Positions 24,621 to 37,773 of a stretch of DNA of 64,000 bases are shown here, piece by piece (the stretch's first letter is position 1; each line of letters starts with the position of its first letter). The notes under the pieces are model-generated. The model did no database searches. It saw only the letters and a list, made by a program, of their open reading frames with translations, and had not been told where the DNA came from. The stretch covers positions 6,448,001 to 6,512,000 of the forward strand of contig JBHGNT010000010.1 in assembly GCA_043228905.1 (NCBI GenBank). Direction: 5' to 3'. A program made the position numbers and the translations under genes. The DNA is from Azolla caroliniana (lineage: Eukaryota > Plantae > Polypodiophyta).

Positions 24621-27269
24621 GCGATGGCGATGGCGATTCTGCCATGCAGAGACCTGAAAGAGAGGGGTATGTTGCCAGCCTAAGAGAAGAGAATTACTGG
24701 TGATGACATAGCTTGATTCACCAAGATCTTCTTCATCATAGTGATAGAGTCGATAGCCTTCAGAGGGGTAGTGGAGCCTAAGCAGAAGCTTGGCCTGAGC
24801 TATGGCAAAAGGACTGATGGGCAAAGGCTTATAGCCATTCATCATCAGCAAATTACTGTGATGATGATTATCTCCAGACCTACAGCTGGTCCTGAAATCA
24901 TCTCCTTCCTCATCACTATCTGTGTAAAGGCCATGCTCTTGTGACCTAATAATGTACTCAGAGTAGTGGCCCAATGCATTATTTGCATGCTGGCCATGGT
25001 GCTTCATCTGCTGAATCATGTCATCATATGATAAGATGCAGCTCTTGATTTGGTGCTTGAGGAGGGTGTCCTCGAGAGCCAGCCGGTGGGGGCTCGAAGG
25101 CGGGAGGGTCGCCTCCAGCGACTGCGCGAAGGCCGCGAAATGCCGGAATATCCCCGAGAATCTGGGGGCGGAATATTCCCGGTAGTAGGCACCGGGGTCC
25201 GAAGGGCCGGGGTCAGGATTCGGGGCCGGACGATTTTGGGTCTGGGGGTTTAGCTTGGGATGGGGTGACCGAGGGGACCAGGTCGGGCTCGTGGGGCTTA
25301 CGGAAGGATCGTGGCGCTCCCCGAGTGTCACGATGTCTGGGCGGAGCGCGCGGATGATGTCCTCCGTGAGGCTGCCGTAGTCCTGCGGTGCGAAGATGCA
25401 GTTTACGACCACGAGCCTTCTGGCGGAGGAAGAGGGGGTGCGGCCGTGGTGGGGGTCCCGTGCCCCCGACAGCTCCTCGATACTTCCCGCCACCGAGAAT
25501 TTGAAGGGGAGCCGGAGCGAGTCCGCGAACTGCGAGAGCCGGAGCCGCATCCGCTCGACGTGGTCATCGTGGTGGCCCTCGTGCGAGGATCGCGCGGGGC
25601 CTGCGCCCGCCTGAGCTTGATCGGGATCGGGCTCAACTGCTGATCGTGCGAGGGGCGGGATCAAGGTAGAGATCTTGAGCCGTATTCTCGGGCTCATTGC
25701 ATGAAGCGGAGGAATGGCGGCGGACGAGGGTTCCTCCATATCATTACGATCCGTAGGTATACCATTAACTAACTGCTTTGACATGGATGGATTAATTCTG
25801 CTGCTTCTAACAGTAGCAGTAGTAGCAGTTGAGATTTGATTAGGATTAACACTAGTGTTAATGTTAGCTGTAGTATTAGTAGTTGGAGTAGCAGTTGAGG
25901 AGTGATTAGGGTTAGCTTTAGTGCTAATTTTAGGGTTATAATAATAACTAGGGTTAGTGAGGATATTGCTATGTATGGCTTGCATCAGAGGTGGCCATTG
26001 CACCCCATGGGCCATCGCCCCTATATCCACGATGTGGACCTCCATCATTACATTGTCTGCAGTGTCATTACCATCGCCATCGCCATTGTCCATGATCCAC
26101 ACCCCATCCTGAGGATCTCTAGATTCCATCTGATTTCTGTCATTACAAGCCATTTTGTTGGCGAAGATTTCTGACGAGTCATTAGCGGAGGCGGCCGCCA
26201 ATCTCTCCATCATGGCTTCTAATATCACTTGATTTGCTGTGAGATGAGCAAACCTCAGGAATGGAGTGGCTTGATTGAATGCTAAATACGCATCCTTAAC
26301 CTCCTTCATCTGCATATAATTGTCATTATAATTTCTACAATCCATTAAAGTGCAACTGCTACTGGTTCTGGCTATATTATCCGTATGAATCTGATGATTA
26401 TTATGCATTATCGATCCCAGCTTCTCCATTTCGATCCTTGCTCTGAAGGCCTCTAAGAAATGCTCCACAACCTTCATATTCACAGTGGATTGGATATGAC
26501 CTGCAGCGTCTAATCCTCCGTCGTCATCAGTACTGTCATCAGTACTGTCATCAGTACTGTCATCAGAATCATCTAATAGCCGGAGTAGGATCTGGTTATT
26601 ATGTGGTGATCCTAGCTGCAGCCGTGTGTTTAATTCTGTCGTGCTAATCATATGGCAGCGATCACAACCAGAATCCACAGGTGTCTGCGTGGATAATCTT
26701 GGCAGCGATGGTGTTAAATCTAGTCTTTTTGCAGTAGAATCCAGATTCTTCCTCGAGCCAAGAAATCTCTCGTATAAGCTGTCTATCATCCTTTCAGATC
26801 TGGCCCAATCTCCTGCAGAGATCCATTTTGCACAGAGCCCCAACAGTCGGTGAAGATTAAGACGCTGCTTCTTCTTCTTCTTCTTCTTCTTCTTCGGTTG
26901 CTTGCTACAATCATCAGGGAGTAGCAATGCAGGAACTGCAGCGGCGGCACAATCACCGCCATAACGATTATCTTGGCTCTCCCTCATCATCATCATCATC
27001 ATCTTCTTCTTCTTCTTTATCTTCTTCTTCTTCTTCTTCTTCTTCTTCTTCTGCTGCTGCTGCTGCTTCCTTTCTTGATCCTCCGTCTGCATATGAAGCT
27101 CGCCATCGCTGCTGTAAGGAAAATGGACGCCACTAGTGGTGCATTTCTGGTGAAGATCATTAGAGGTAGTAGAGATCATAGGCATGGAGGAAGAAGATTC
27201 AGAAGATTCAGAAGAAGAATCAGAAGAAGAATCAGAAGAAGAAGAAGATTCAGAAGAATCTGACTGCAT
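24573..27269 (-). CDS. LAS: GRAS transcription factor, LATERAL SUPPRESSOR / MOC1 / SCL18 subfamily, uninterrupted ORF, 898 aa
   Basis: GRAS motifs occur in order: LHRI (LHRLLGLCA), FNQATPFLRFAHLTANQVILEA, VHIVD..HGVQWPPLMQA, LHRII (RLSQFADSLRLPFKF), PFYRE (VVNC..LRPDIVTLGE) and SAW (LLLGWQHTPLFQVSAW). The strings SLEATLPP and FAIAQAKLLLRLHYPSEGY are characteristic of LAS/MOC1. Confidence 0.92.
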
Positions 27270-27429
27270 ACTACTACTACTGCCTTCTGCCGCCTAATTA
27301 GATAGGTAATGAAGGATGAATTAGGGATATAATTACATGTTAATAAACAAGGAAGGGTGTGGATTGTTGATTAGCAGAGCAGAGAAAAGTAATTCAGGAG
27401 TTTCTAGCCCTGCCTGTACTTTAGGCCTC

Positions 27430-27793
27430 AAGAAAAGAAAAAAAGAAAAAAAAGAGCAAAGAAAAAGGAATGAATATGTAAAGATATGTACATACATACA
27501 TACATACATACATACATACATACATAGCCCTTGAGAAGAAAAAAAAGGAAAAAAAAAAGAAAGAGAAAAAGGAAAAAAAATAAACACAAAACCCTAAGAC
27601 AAAAAAAAAGGAGAAAGGAGGAGATGGGTTTTTTTTTTTTTTAACTGAATTGGGAAGGGAAAGAAATGGACAAGTTGGCAAATGCAATAATATATGTAAT
27701 CAAACTCAATAAATAATACTAACAATAGCAAACAACAGGATTTATTCCAATGCAGGAAAGGAAGGAGAATGTGTGCTTCTTTTTTTCTCTCTC

Positions 27794-27856
<63 letters not shown>

Positions 27857-28005
27857 GTCTGTCTGAATGTGTGCTTCCCTTCTTCCCCCTAGTGGGATGA
27901 TGAGCTTTTCTAACCTAAAATCAAAATTAAAACCAAAACTAATCATAGTAATAATGTGCAGAATTGTGGTTATGCATACACACCCAGAGAGATAAAGAGA
28001 CACAA

Positions 28006-28070
<65 letters not shown>

Positions 28071-29740
28071 GGGGGGGGGGGGGGGAGTGGCGTGAAAGGG
28101 AAGTTGAGATTCATTCATAATTCCTCACTTTTAGCTTCCTTTTCTCTCTCTCTCTCTCTCTCTCTTCAGCTCACTATTTGGTAGTAGTGTTAGGAAAGTA
28201 AGGAGCTTGGAAAGTTGAACCATCAATGCTCTCCATGTATGGCATGGTATATGTATGTATGTATGTATGCATTTGAGTATGTATGTACATATATGCATGC
28301 ATGCATGCATTTGTGTATGTATGTATCCATTCTGTGTTTGTATGTATATTTGTATGCATTAAATCCATCTCCCCAAGTTGAAAGGATAATTTGTGGAAGA
28401 GGAGAGGATAGAGAGGAAAGGATAGAGACATGTAGAGATTGTGTGTGTGTCATGTGTGTGTGTGTGTGTGTGTGTGTGTCTTTGTCATGTATATGAGTGT
28501 CAGTGTGTCATGTATGTATATGTGTGCGTTTGTGTCTGTGTATGTGTCATGTATATGTGTGTATGTGTTTTATGTATATATGTGTGTACGTAGTGTATTT
28601 TGGTCCATGTGTATGTATGTATGCATGTACATATATGGATGTATGTATGTATTTCTGTAGCATGTATGTTTGTGTGTTTGTAAAGGGGAAATGCGTCAAA
28701 GATATCTCACCCACATATGTATATGTATGTATGTACGTATGTATGTATGTATGTATGTATGTATGTAGTATGTGTGTTTGTGTGTTTGTGAAGGGGGAAT
28801 GCGTCAAAGATATCTCGCCCACATATGAATAGAAGGATTTATCCTCCCCCAACATGATCATCAACATCACATAGTCATACACAAATCTAGACATCGTAAT
28901 CAACATGATCGGGGATCATATAAACATTCACAATTCCAGGCACCATAATCAACTCAGCTTCAACAACTATAATGAAAACACAAGACTCCAACCTAATATA
29001 TGTAAAAGCCTCATTGAGCACAAAAAATGGGCACCTTGTTCACACATGCCACGTTGTGTGGTGGTCGACTCACCTAACGTAACAAATAATTTAACAAAGA
29101 CATACATGAACCCAAAATATAAGACTAACCAGTCACTTGAATCTCCAACATATATAGCAACTCAACCAAGAGGAGGTATTCTTGTTTTGAAAGGATAGTG
29201 GTGGTTTGATACATATGTGGATAGGAGTTTGTCATCTCCATCGAGCTACAATTGGTATAATGCGAAGTTACTAAGTTAATGGCTCGATGTGTAGTAGTGT
29301 GAATGGTAATGCTCACTATATGTTATGCATGGGTACACCTAGGCAAGCCTGAATGCATATATAGGATATTGAAGTGTAAAATGATTTGCAACTTTTTTTC
29401 GCCTATGCGAGGTTTACTAACTTACCACACACTCTTAGCTAGGTAGAAGTCTAGGTGAGATGTAAGGTCTTGTTTTGTTACTCATGTTATGGGTTGGTCA
29501 ACTGTTTAATGATTTCACACATGTACAAGATAAAGGTCTTGGCAATTGGAATTGGTGTTTCAATGTGGTATTGTGCACTCTTTATAAGTAACAAAAAGTC
29601 TTTAAGGCCTATCCGGTATAAAAGAGTATAAGATAGAGAGTAAATAATGATTAATGAGGATTGAGAAATACTAGTTTATGTGTATGTGACATGTGTGTAT
29701 GCATGGATGAGAAGAATGTGGACCTAGAATGTGTGCAATT

Positions 29741-29818
<78 letters not shown>

Positions 29819-30494
29819 ACATCACCATTTGATGTATTTCCTCCCTTCAGAGAAAGGTGTGGCCATGTTAGGAGTGATTAATGCCAATAATAGGCACAAT
29901 TTATGACAATATGGATTCTCGAATTTAGCAATTCAAGACAGAGAGATTCGAAGGTAGAAAGTATTCCTTCTTGTGAGAACTTTAGAAGGTTCACACACCC
30001 ATCTCTTTGTACCTTGTTTGGTGCAGAGACAAGAATTTAAAGCCCACATGGGACAATTCTATGGGATAAGAGTGCAAATTGCACAAAGGGCAATAGTTGG
30101 ATACGGCGTTAGCACATAGTTTTGGTCTAAAAACATTTGATGATAACGACTTCCACGTGGACCTAGTTATGTTGCACCTCTTAGGGCCCATGAGGGAGTT
30201 GAGTGTGTCGAACAGGTGGGACCCATAGGGCCATTTTGGTGACAACAATATATCACGGGGTTTGATGCAACCATTGGGGCCCCTCGACTCCTTAGCTCGA
30301 GCCATTAGTTCAATGGAGTGATACTCTACATGCTCAAATATTGAAGATATAGTTTGGCTTGTATATATCGATAGAGAGAAAGACACAAAAAATGAAACCA
30401 CACTCCCTGATGTGAGTGACGTAAAAAAATAAGAGTTTGAGTGTGCGCAAGAAGTGAGGGAGATTCTATTGGATAAGAGAGATTGCATGGAAAG

Positions 30495-30541
<47 letters not shown>

Positions 30542-30886
30542 GAGTTTTCTACTAGAGAACAATCAAGAAATTCTTCTAGAGGATCAGAAATTACTAGGGA
30601 TATATCATATGACACATTTTGAGACTAGGGTACATAATTGTGATTCATGAGATAGAGACAAGAAAGACATTCTAACACTAGAGGAGCACACACACACACA
30701 CAACCCTACTCTCTCTCTCTCTCTCTCTCTCAAACACACTTTAGTGTGTCCGAGGTGTATACTTGCGATCCACGAGATAGGTAGGGATATACAAGAAAAA
30801 AGACTAACGGACATATATCATAAAGTTACAAAATAGGATAACTATACATCCATCACAAATCCACATTGTGTATACTTGTGACTCAT

Positions 30887-30957
<71 letters not shown>

Positions 30958-31330
30958 TTATTAATATAATTGTGTGTTTTCACCAAAAGAGAGAGAGGAA
31001 GAAGAAGAAAGAAAGAAAGAAGAAAAAGAAAGAAAACTACTGCCTCTCTATACGTCATAAAGATCAAAGAGGATAGGTGTATATGTATTCATAAATCATC
31101 AATTCTCTTCACTTTCTCTTTCTCAATGTAAATGTGTCCGTTTGTGTATGTATGTATCTGTCCCTTTGTATGTGAATATGTCTGTATGTAATATGTATGT
31201 ATCTATCCATGTGCATGTGAATATGATTGTATGTATGCATGTATGCATGTAAGTATATGTCCATGTGTATGCATGCATGCATGCATGTATGTACGTATGT
31301 TTGTATGATGCATCCATGCATGTAAAATTG
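27430..31330. repeat. Microsatellite-dense upstream region of the GRAS gene: (AG)n/(CT)n, (AC)n, (ATAC)n, poly-A and poly-G
   Basis: Long GA/CT runs at ~27790-27852, 28010-28066, 29743-29813, 30500-30537 and 30888-30921. Degenerate (tatg)n blocks at 28240-28780 and 31140-31320. Confidence 0.9.
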
Positions 31331-34300
31331 ATTTGTGCATGATATGGATGACAGAATATAAGATTCCTATAAGTAGGTTTACATCGGAAAGAACATATGT
31401 TAGAATCATTCATTATTTTGTTATAGGCGTCTGCCGAATCATTAGACTATTTTAGGTTTTCTAGACGTTAACAAATTATCAGAGAATGTAAAATTTCCAA
31501 GAGAGAAAGAGGTTCCAAATGGAGATGGAAGACAAAACATCATGGGTAATGAACTTTATAGCTAGTGGTCCATCCAACAATGATACGTTGGAAAATATTT
31601 TCGGTGTCATTTTCATGATGTTGAAAGAATGGATCTACCAGGTTGCCCCACTTTTTGAGAAGGTTTTTTCTTCATGATGAAACAATGGATTCTTTTTCTT
31701 AGAAGTAACTTAGATTACCGATAGGAAACCTCAATATGAGATGCAAATTTGGAATGCTAATTTACAAAATGCCTCATTGGTAACATGGTGCTTAAAAGCA
31801 TTGAAAAAGAATGTGAAAGTTGTTTAAATGGACAAATGATCAAAACACCAACTTAAAGAACACTAACTCATTAAGATCGGGGTTATGTGACATCCGAATA
31901 GTCTACAATCCTTAAATTTTTTGAAACCATGGATACCTAAAGTGTCCTTGACCCAAAAAGGGCACATATGAACACGGATCAACATTATTCATAACTTTTC
32001 CATAAATTCTGTTTCTTTTCTTTGGAATCAAAGGACAAACAAGGCATGCCATAAGGTGTTAGAATCACACGTTTCTCTTGATTAGGGTGTGTACACACAT
32101 TGTGTCGAGTGGCACCATGCTAGATGTGAACTCTTCTATCTATCCAACAAAGGATAAACTCTATTACCCGATTTCTCAAACAATGGCTGTATGCAAACAA
32201 TAACCTACATGAGTTCACAAAGGACAAAATTACCCAAATCGTAACACAATCTTCTACCTGAGACTAAGTATGACAATACCATGGTGCCTTTGTGCACATC
32301 ATGAGAAACACATCCGTATGAATAGACAAAAGAGGAGAAGCTATATGACTTGGTGAATTTGGATGATCACTTGGTAAACATGATGCTTGATGGATGTCAC
32401 AGTAGTCTATGATTATATATGACTCTTGTTGAATCTTTCATAGAAAAATAGCAAAGTTATCACAATTAATGTTTTACCAGAAGTTAAGGCGAAAAGATGG
32501 TAGATGCGACTTTAATGAAATGATGCATGTACACTTTTATATAATCATATAGATGTATTCTGTGTATGGTTTTATATAGTCAATCAATGAGGCTGGTAAA
32601 TACATCTTAAGTGTAATTTCTGAATTGCAGTTGTTGATGCTTAGATGTAAATAATCAATAATGGCTAAATCGTTTCTCAAGACATTACATAAGAGACTTT
32701 GGATGTCCCCACAAATGATCTCTTACATATTCACATGCTTAACGTGCTTCAACTTGGAATTATAAATGTGTACATATGATGCAGACCTCACGCTTTACAA
32801 CATTATGACTGTGTATTCAAGTTTGAGCAGTTGTATTCATTATAAAGATAATTCATTCTTCTTAACATGGCAAATTGATTTAAAACATTTACTCCATCAT
32901 GAAGTCCCATTTGTTTTTATTATATTGACATTAACATTAAGAGCTAATTGTTTGACATTAACAATATTCATAAACATAACAATTGCAAATGATGACACAT
33001 TATAACACTAGAAACATGACAATTAGGAATGAGTATCATTAATTAGCTACATATAAAGGGTTAGTTGCCCTTTTTGCACTCTTCTCTTCTATATGCCTAT
33101 GTTATGGGTCATTTCGATATTGTGAGTTGTTATTTGAGAACAAGAGTAGGCTCTCTCACGACTTAGTCACATGATCGAGTCAGCATTGGGTTACATGGTA
33201 GATGCTATAGGAACATTCATCCTCACATTTTTTTGTCGAAAAAAGTGGCATACCAAGTATTCATCTTACCCATGCATGTGTAGGTGTAGGTTTGTTAATA
33301 CGAAAGGTGTAAATGTGCATGGGGCATGCATGTACGAAATAATATAACAAGAATGTAAGGCCAAGTTTGAATTATAGGCACACAAATGGATTGATTGGAA
33401 GGATCTAATAATGTTCAAGTACACTATTTGTACTCATAGTACTAAATTCTAGCATATGTAAAAAGACATTATTATTAACATCTTAATATAGATATAGAGA
33501 TACTAATAATTTTACTTGGAAAATCATTCTAATACATAAGAATAATTTTTTATTTGAATAATGATAAGAGTACAAATAATACTAGAATTGATGTTAATGC
33601 ATTGACTTTATCAATCATGAACGGGGTTTGCCACCATAGTTGGGCAAAAATTTTGATCCCAAATGGAAATTTTCTTGTTGCTCCTCAACCTAGTCGAATT
33701 TCAAGAATGATTACTAGCAATTTCGTACTATTATTCATGTCATTTGGAACAATAAGAAATTAAAAAAGAGGAAATTCATCTTTTTAGTAAATTTTCAGAA
33801 TTGCAAAGTCATGTAGCAATCACAAAATAAGAGTCAATGCTGGTTCTTATTATCATTATCCAATTGCCTATCATCTTAGAAGAGGTTCTAGTGCTAGAAA
33901 GAGTTTGGAATTCTTGGCCTTTAGTAACCAAAGAATATAACATCCTAACCACTTGCACGTGAAATTTGTTTGCTCCTCATTTGGGCTTTTGCCTTGCCAT
34001 AATTATATTTTTAGAAACTCTTTGTTTCAATTTGAGTAAAATGCATGTTGTTATCAAATGAAAACTGTTGTTATCTTGTGTTGCTAGCTTTTAATCTTGA
34101 ACATGCCTTTCCTTCTCTAATATTTAAGGTCATGCCTTTCCATTCACCAAAACAACATTTGCAAAATACTCTATTTGAAAGGAAATGCATATAATAAAGA
34201 TTTTTTTTTTTCCCTAGAAAATACAATAGTAAAATCCATGAAAACTAATATGTATTCACCATCACTATCATCATCTTGGGATTTCCTTACATTCTTTTCA

Positions 34301-36329
34301 ATAACAACAAAGCTTTTACATGCCATTTGGGATGCATCTTGTAGAGTTATCATATCAAGACTTGTCCATTCTTTGCAATGCTCTGATCCATAATGAAAGC
34401 TTGATATTGAATATCTTGCGAGGAAGCTTCCAAGTATCATATTTGAGGATTGGATTAATATTATATAGACACACTCAATATCTTGTGAGGAAGCTTCCAA
34501 GTATCATATTTGAGGATTGGATTAATATTATAAAGACACACGCCAAGCTGGCTAACAAGTTCAAACATATTAATGCAATGACATTGTCATCATTCCATAA
34601 ATTACCTGTTTCCGTGACATTTCTATACTTGTAAACCTCCTTCATACACTTTGATCCTTACTCTTGGAAATCATGATTGAACCATGCGAATGTATTATCA
34701 TCACTATTAAGTTTGCTCATGCTACCATGAAACTGAACAATTGTGAGCATACTTGGATAACAAAAAAGGAACATTGAACTACAAAAAACTAAAAAGCACA
34801 AATAAGGTGTAGGTAAAAAAAAAAGTGTTCCTTTAATATTTTGGCCCATTGGTTTTATCATGTGTAAAGCTACATTCATCTTGTGAATTCATTGATTCAC
34901 AAAGAAAAAAAGAAAAATGGATTCAAATACACAACACAAGTGGATTTCCATCTCATATATGTCTTCATGGAATGTGCCACAATTGTTAGCCTTGAGAGTG
35001 TTGTCTCTTCCTCTAACTTGCCACAAGCAAACACATGTGATGGTGAAAATTCTACATGGAAATTCTATCATCAATATCCATGCCATCCTAGGTCTTTATT
35101 TACGGAGATTATGGACATTAATATAAGGAAACATAAATGTTTATGAACAAAAGGGAAATATATGGAATTCCTATAATCAATAGCTTTTCCATTGAGTATA
35201 TTATGGAACTTAATATAAAGAAACATAAATGTTCATGAACAAAAAGGGAAACAACCATCCCCACATACTACTATACTAGATACTAAACATTTAAATGGTG
35301 AAGTCAATTTGCACTATTACAACAACTCCTCACACTTAAAGTCTAACTACCTATACAAGAAGTGTGTCGAGTGGACCTAGACTTAGATCACAATAGAGGA
35401 CTTGATCACCTCATAGTCAAATATGTTGAACACATTGTGAGGAGATGCTATGGTTGAACCCAATGACTTTGTATGATGTACGTTGGAAGTTTAAGGGAGA
35501 ATTCAGAATAGATATGGGGAACCAATAGTAACAACATTGCGAAGCAACATGATCATCAATGAAAATGTTGAAGTGCAAGTCATAATTGATGCCTTGGGAG
35601 TCGTCTTTGAGAGTGGTGACACTATATTCACCCTCCCAATAATTTTGAATAGCTCGATTATGCCAACAATAACATATACAAGGTGGGGAGTTAGTATCAA
35701 TAATGATTGTTCACAAATGTGTTGTAGGCAAAAAATGGTTGTCTTTGACATGAAAGAATGTTCAATGGATCCATCTAAAGACCCAAGGAGATATAGTGAA
35801 CCATAAGTTTTGAGATATGGGGGTTGATTTCTACTTTACTGTCGTGGCCACAAGATCAACAAACCATCTAACTTATGATTATTTCTTGGAATGACCTTTC
35901 CTAATGTTTGATCGATTGCTAATGGGTTTTGGATGTGATGCAATTTACAATAAAAAGGATAATAGGACCTACTTATCAAAGTCTACATCCAAAAATCTAC
36001 AATCAAGAAGAGAGTGTTCTCAAGGATGATTTTCAGTCATGATGGAATTTGAAGATCAAGAACTCAAACAAGATATTGATAGCTCAAGTGTCAAACAAGA
36101 ACCTATTCACCTACAAGAACTTCATCCTAGATGAATTGTGTCCTTGAACCGCCATGGTGGAAGGGTTGTAATCAATTGGTACTTAGTATTCTGATGAAGA
36201 TGGGCGATCAATTTTGTGTTTCATTGTCGTGATGTGACATGTGCAAGGGAAGAAAAATAGATAAAGATTAACCTTTGCAATAAGTTAAGATTTAGAGATA
36301 CCGAAGAAGAATTAATGAGATGAGCATTG

Positions 36330-36937
36330 TGAAAGGAATACAGGGGTCGGTCTCGGCCGACTCTTAGGTTAAACTCAAGCTAGACAATCAGACAAACAAG
36401 CAAAAAGAAAAGAGTTGACACAAAAGTTTTACGTGAAAACCCTAAATGGGAAAAAACCACGTGAGCCCATAGACTCCAAACAGATTCACTATCTGAGAGT
36501 GTATACAAGAACTCAAGGCCATGACCTTGATGAAATCTTCGTCTCAATAGACAGATATACACAGAGAACAAGGTAAACAGAGAAACGACAACACCTGATG
36601 TGTGATGTGCCGTCGACCTGTCGGGTCGGATCCGAGGGTCATCTACTACACAAGATCGACCTCCACAACACATAGTCCTTTGATCTCCCGTATCTTACGG
36701 TTCTATATTCACTTTCACAATATTCTACTCTGTAATGTGTAGTAATCACCGATGCACTCACCTAAGGTTTTTACATACATACATACATACATCATTGTAT
36801 GTATTACATATTTGTCCTTAGCCGATTCGACACTTAGCCCTTAGCCAGATAGCCGACTCTCAGTCGGGCCTCAACCGGCCCATATATCTTAGCCGAAATG
36901 GAACTTCTCCCATAAGGAGGGATATCATTTCATAACA
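36330..36937 (-). mobile_element. Solo Copia LTR (same family as the LTR of Copia F)
   Basis: tgaaaggaat...cataaca, homologous to 37774-38442. The 5-bp flanks cattg/catta form a TSD with one mismatch. Confidence 0.85.
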
Positions 36938-36953
36938 CATTAAATAATCAATG

Positions 36954-37290
36954 TGTGATGGCTAGGCTCAAAAGTGTGACCTATGTGTGCATATACCAAG
37001 GACTTAACTATTAAACTATCAAATACATACATTATAATATAAACCATAGAACATTCTAAATATTCTAGAATTTCTTAAAAGTTCCTGAAACATTCTAGAA
37101 AACCCTAGAATGCGCCACAACCCATTATATAATGAAGCCCCTTCACTTTTGTCGAACCATTCTGGTTCAACACCAAGTAAGCTCTCTCTTGAATCTCTTT
37201 ATCGCAATATGTATTTCCTTTCATCATTACTCTCTATTTCCTTCAATCGTCATTCTCTATTGCTCACTCTTTCAACACTAAGCGTAAGAA
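36954..37290 (+). repeat. Decayed LTR related to the Tcn1-like chromovirus LTR; right boundary uncertain
   Basis: It shares aacattctagaaa repeats, a TATA region and the tcgaacca....ggttcaac.cca block with 48245-48677. Confidence 0.55.
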
Positions 37291-37773
37291 ACCCCCCTTG
37301 AGTGAATGTTGTGAACATATACAAGGAATGACAGATCAATCCCCACAAGGCAATAAGCCAAGTCTTTGGAAAAGCTAAATCAAAATTTTCCTTTGGAAGT
37401 GCTTTAGTAAATATGTCTGCCACATTGTCTTGTGTTGGCACATATACCAAATCAATATCTCTTGCATGATGACGTTCTCTCACATAGTGATAATGCACCT
37501 CGATATGTTTTGTCCAAGCATAAAACACTAGGTTTTGTGCAATATCCAATGCACTCCAACTATAAGTGAAATTATACGTAACATCTATCTCCATGCAAAG
37601 ATCCATCAATGGGCCTCTCAACCATATACACTCCATTGTAGTTGTGAAAACTACCACGTACTCAGCTTCACAACTAGATGTTTCCACTATAGGTTGCTTC
37701 TTACTTAACCAAGATATGCATGAGTTTTCAAGGAAGAAACAATTACCACTAGTGGACATGTGCGTGTCATAAC
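37291..37773 (-). pseudogene. Copia RNase H remnant with PPT
   Basis: STSGNCFF...ISWLSKKQPIV..SSCEAEY...TKHIEVHYHYVRE...NVADIFTKAL in ORF 37250-37798. Confidence 0.85.

Noticed and set aside
24741-27263. Plus-strand ORFs antisense to the GRAS gene
   Set aside because: Shadow ORFs of GC-rich or trinucleotide-repeat coding DNA with no recognisable motifs.
30035-30290. Cluster of GGNCCC (TCP-like) sites ~3 kb upstream of the GRAS gene
   Set aside because: Short motifs, mostly imperfect; cannot be distinguished from chance without conservation data.
27333-31413. Many short ORFs (CVCV, SLSL, HTYI repeats)
   Set aside because: Translations of microsatellites.
31400-36300. Hidden gene or transposase in AT-rich DNA; small tandem duplication at ~34411-34540
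   Set aside because: No coherent ORF, splice pattern or motif; the duplication looks like ordinary slippage.
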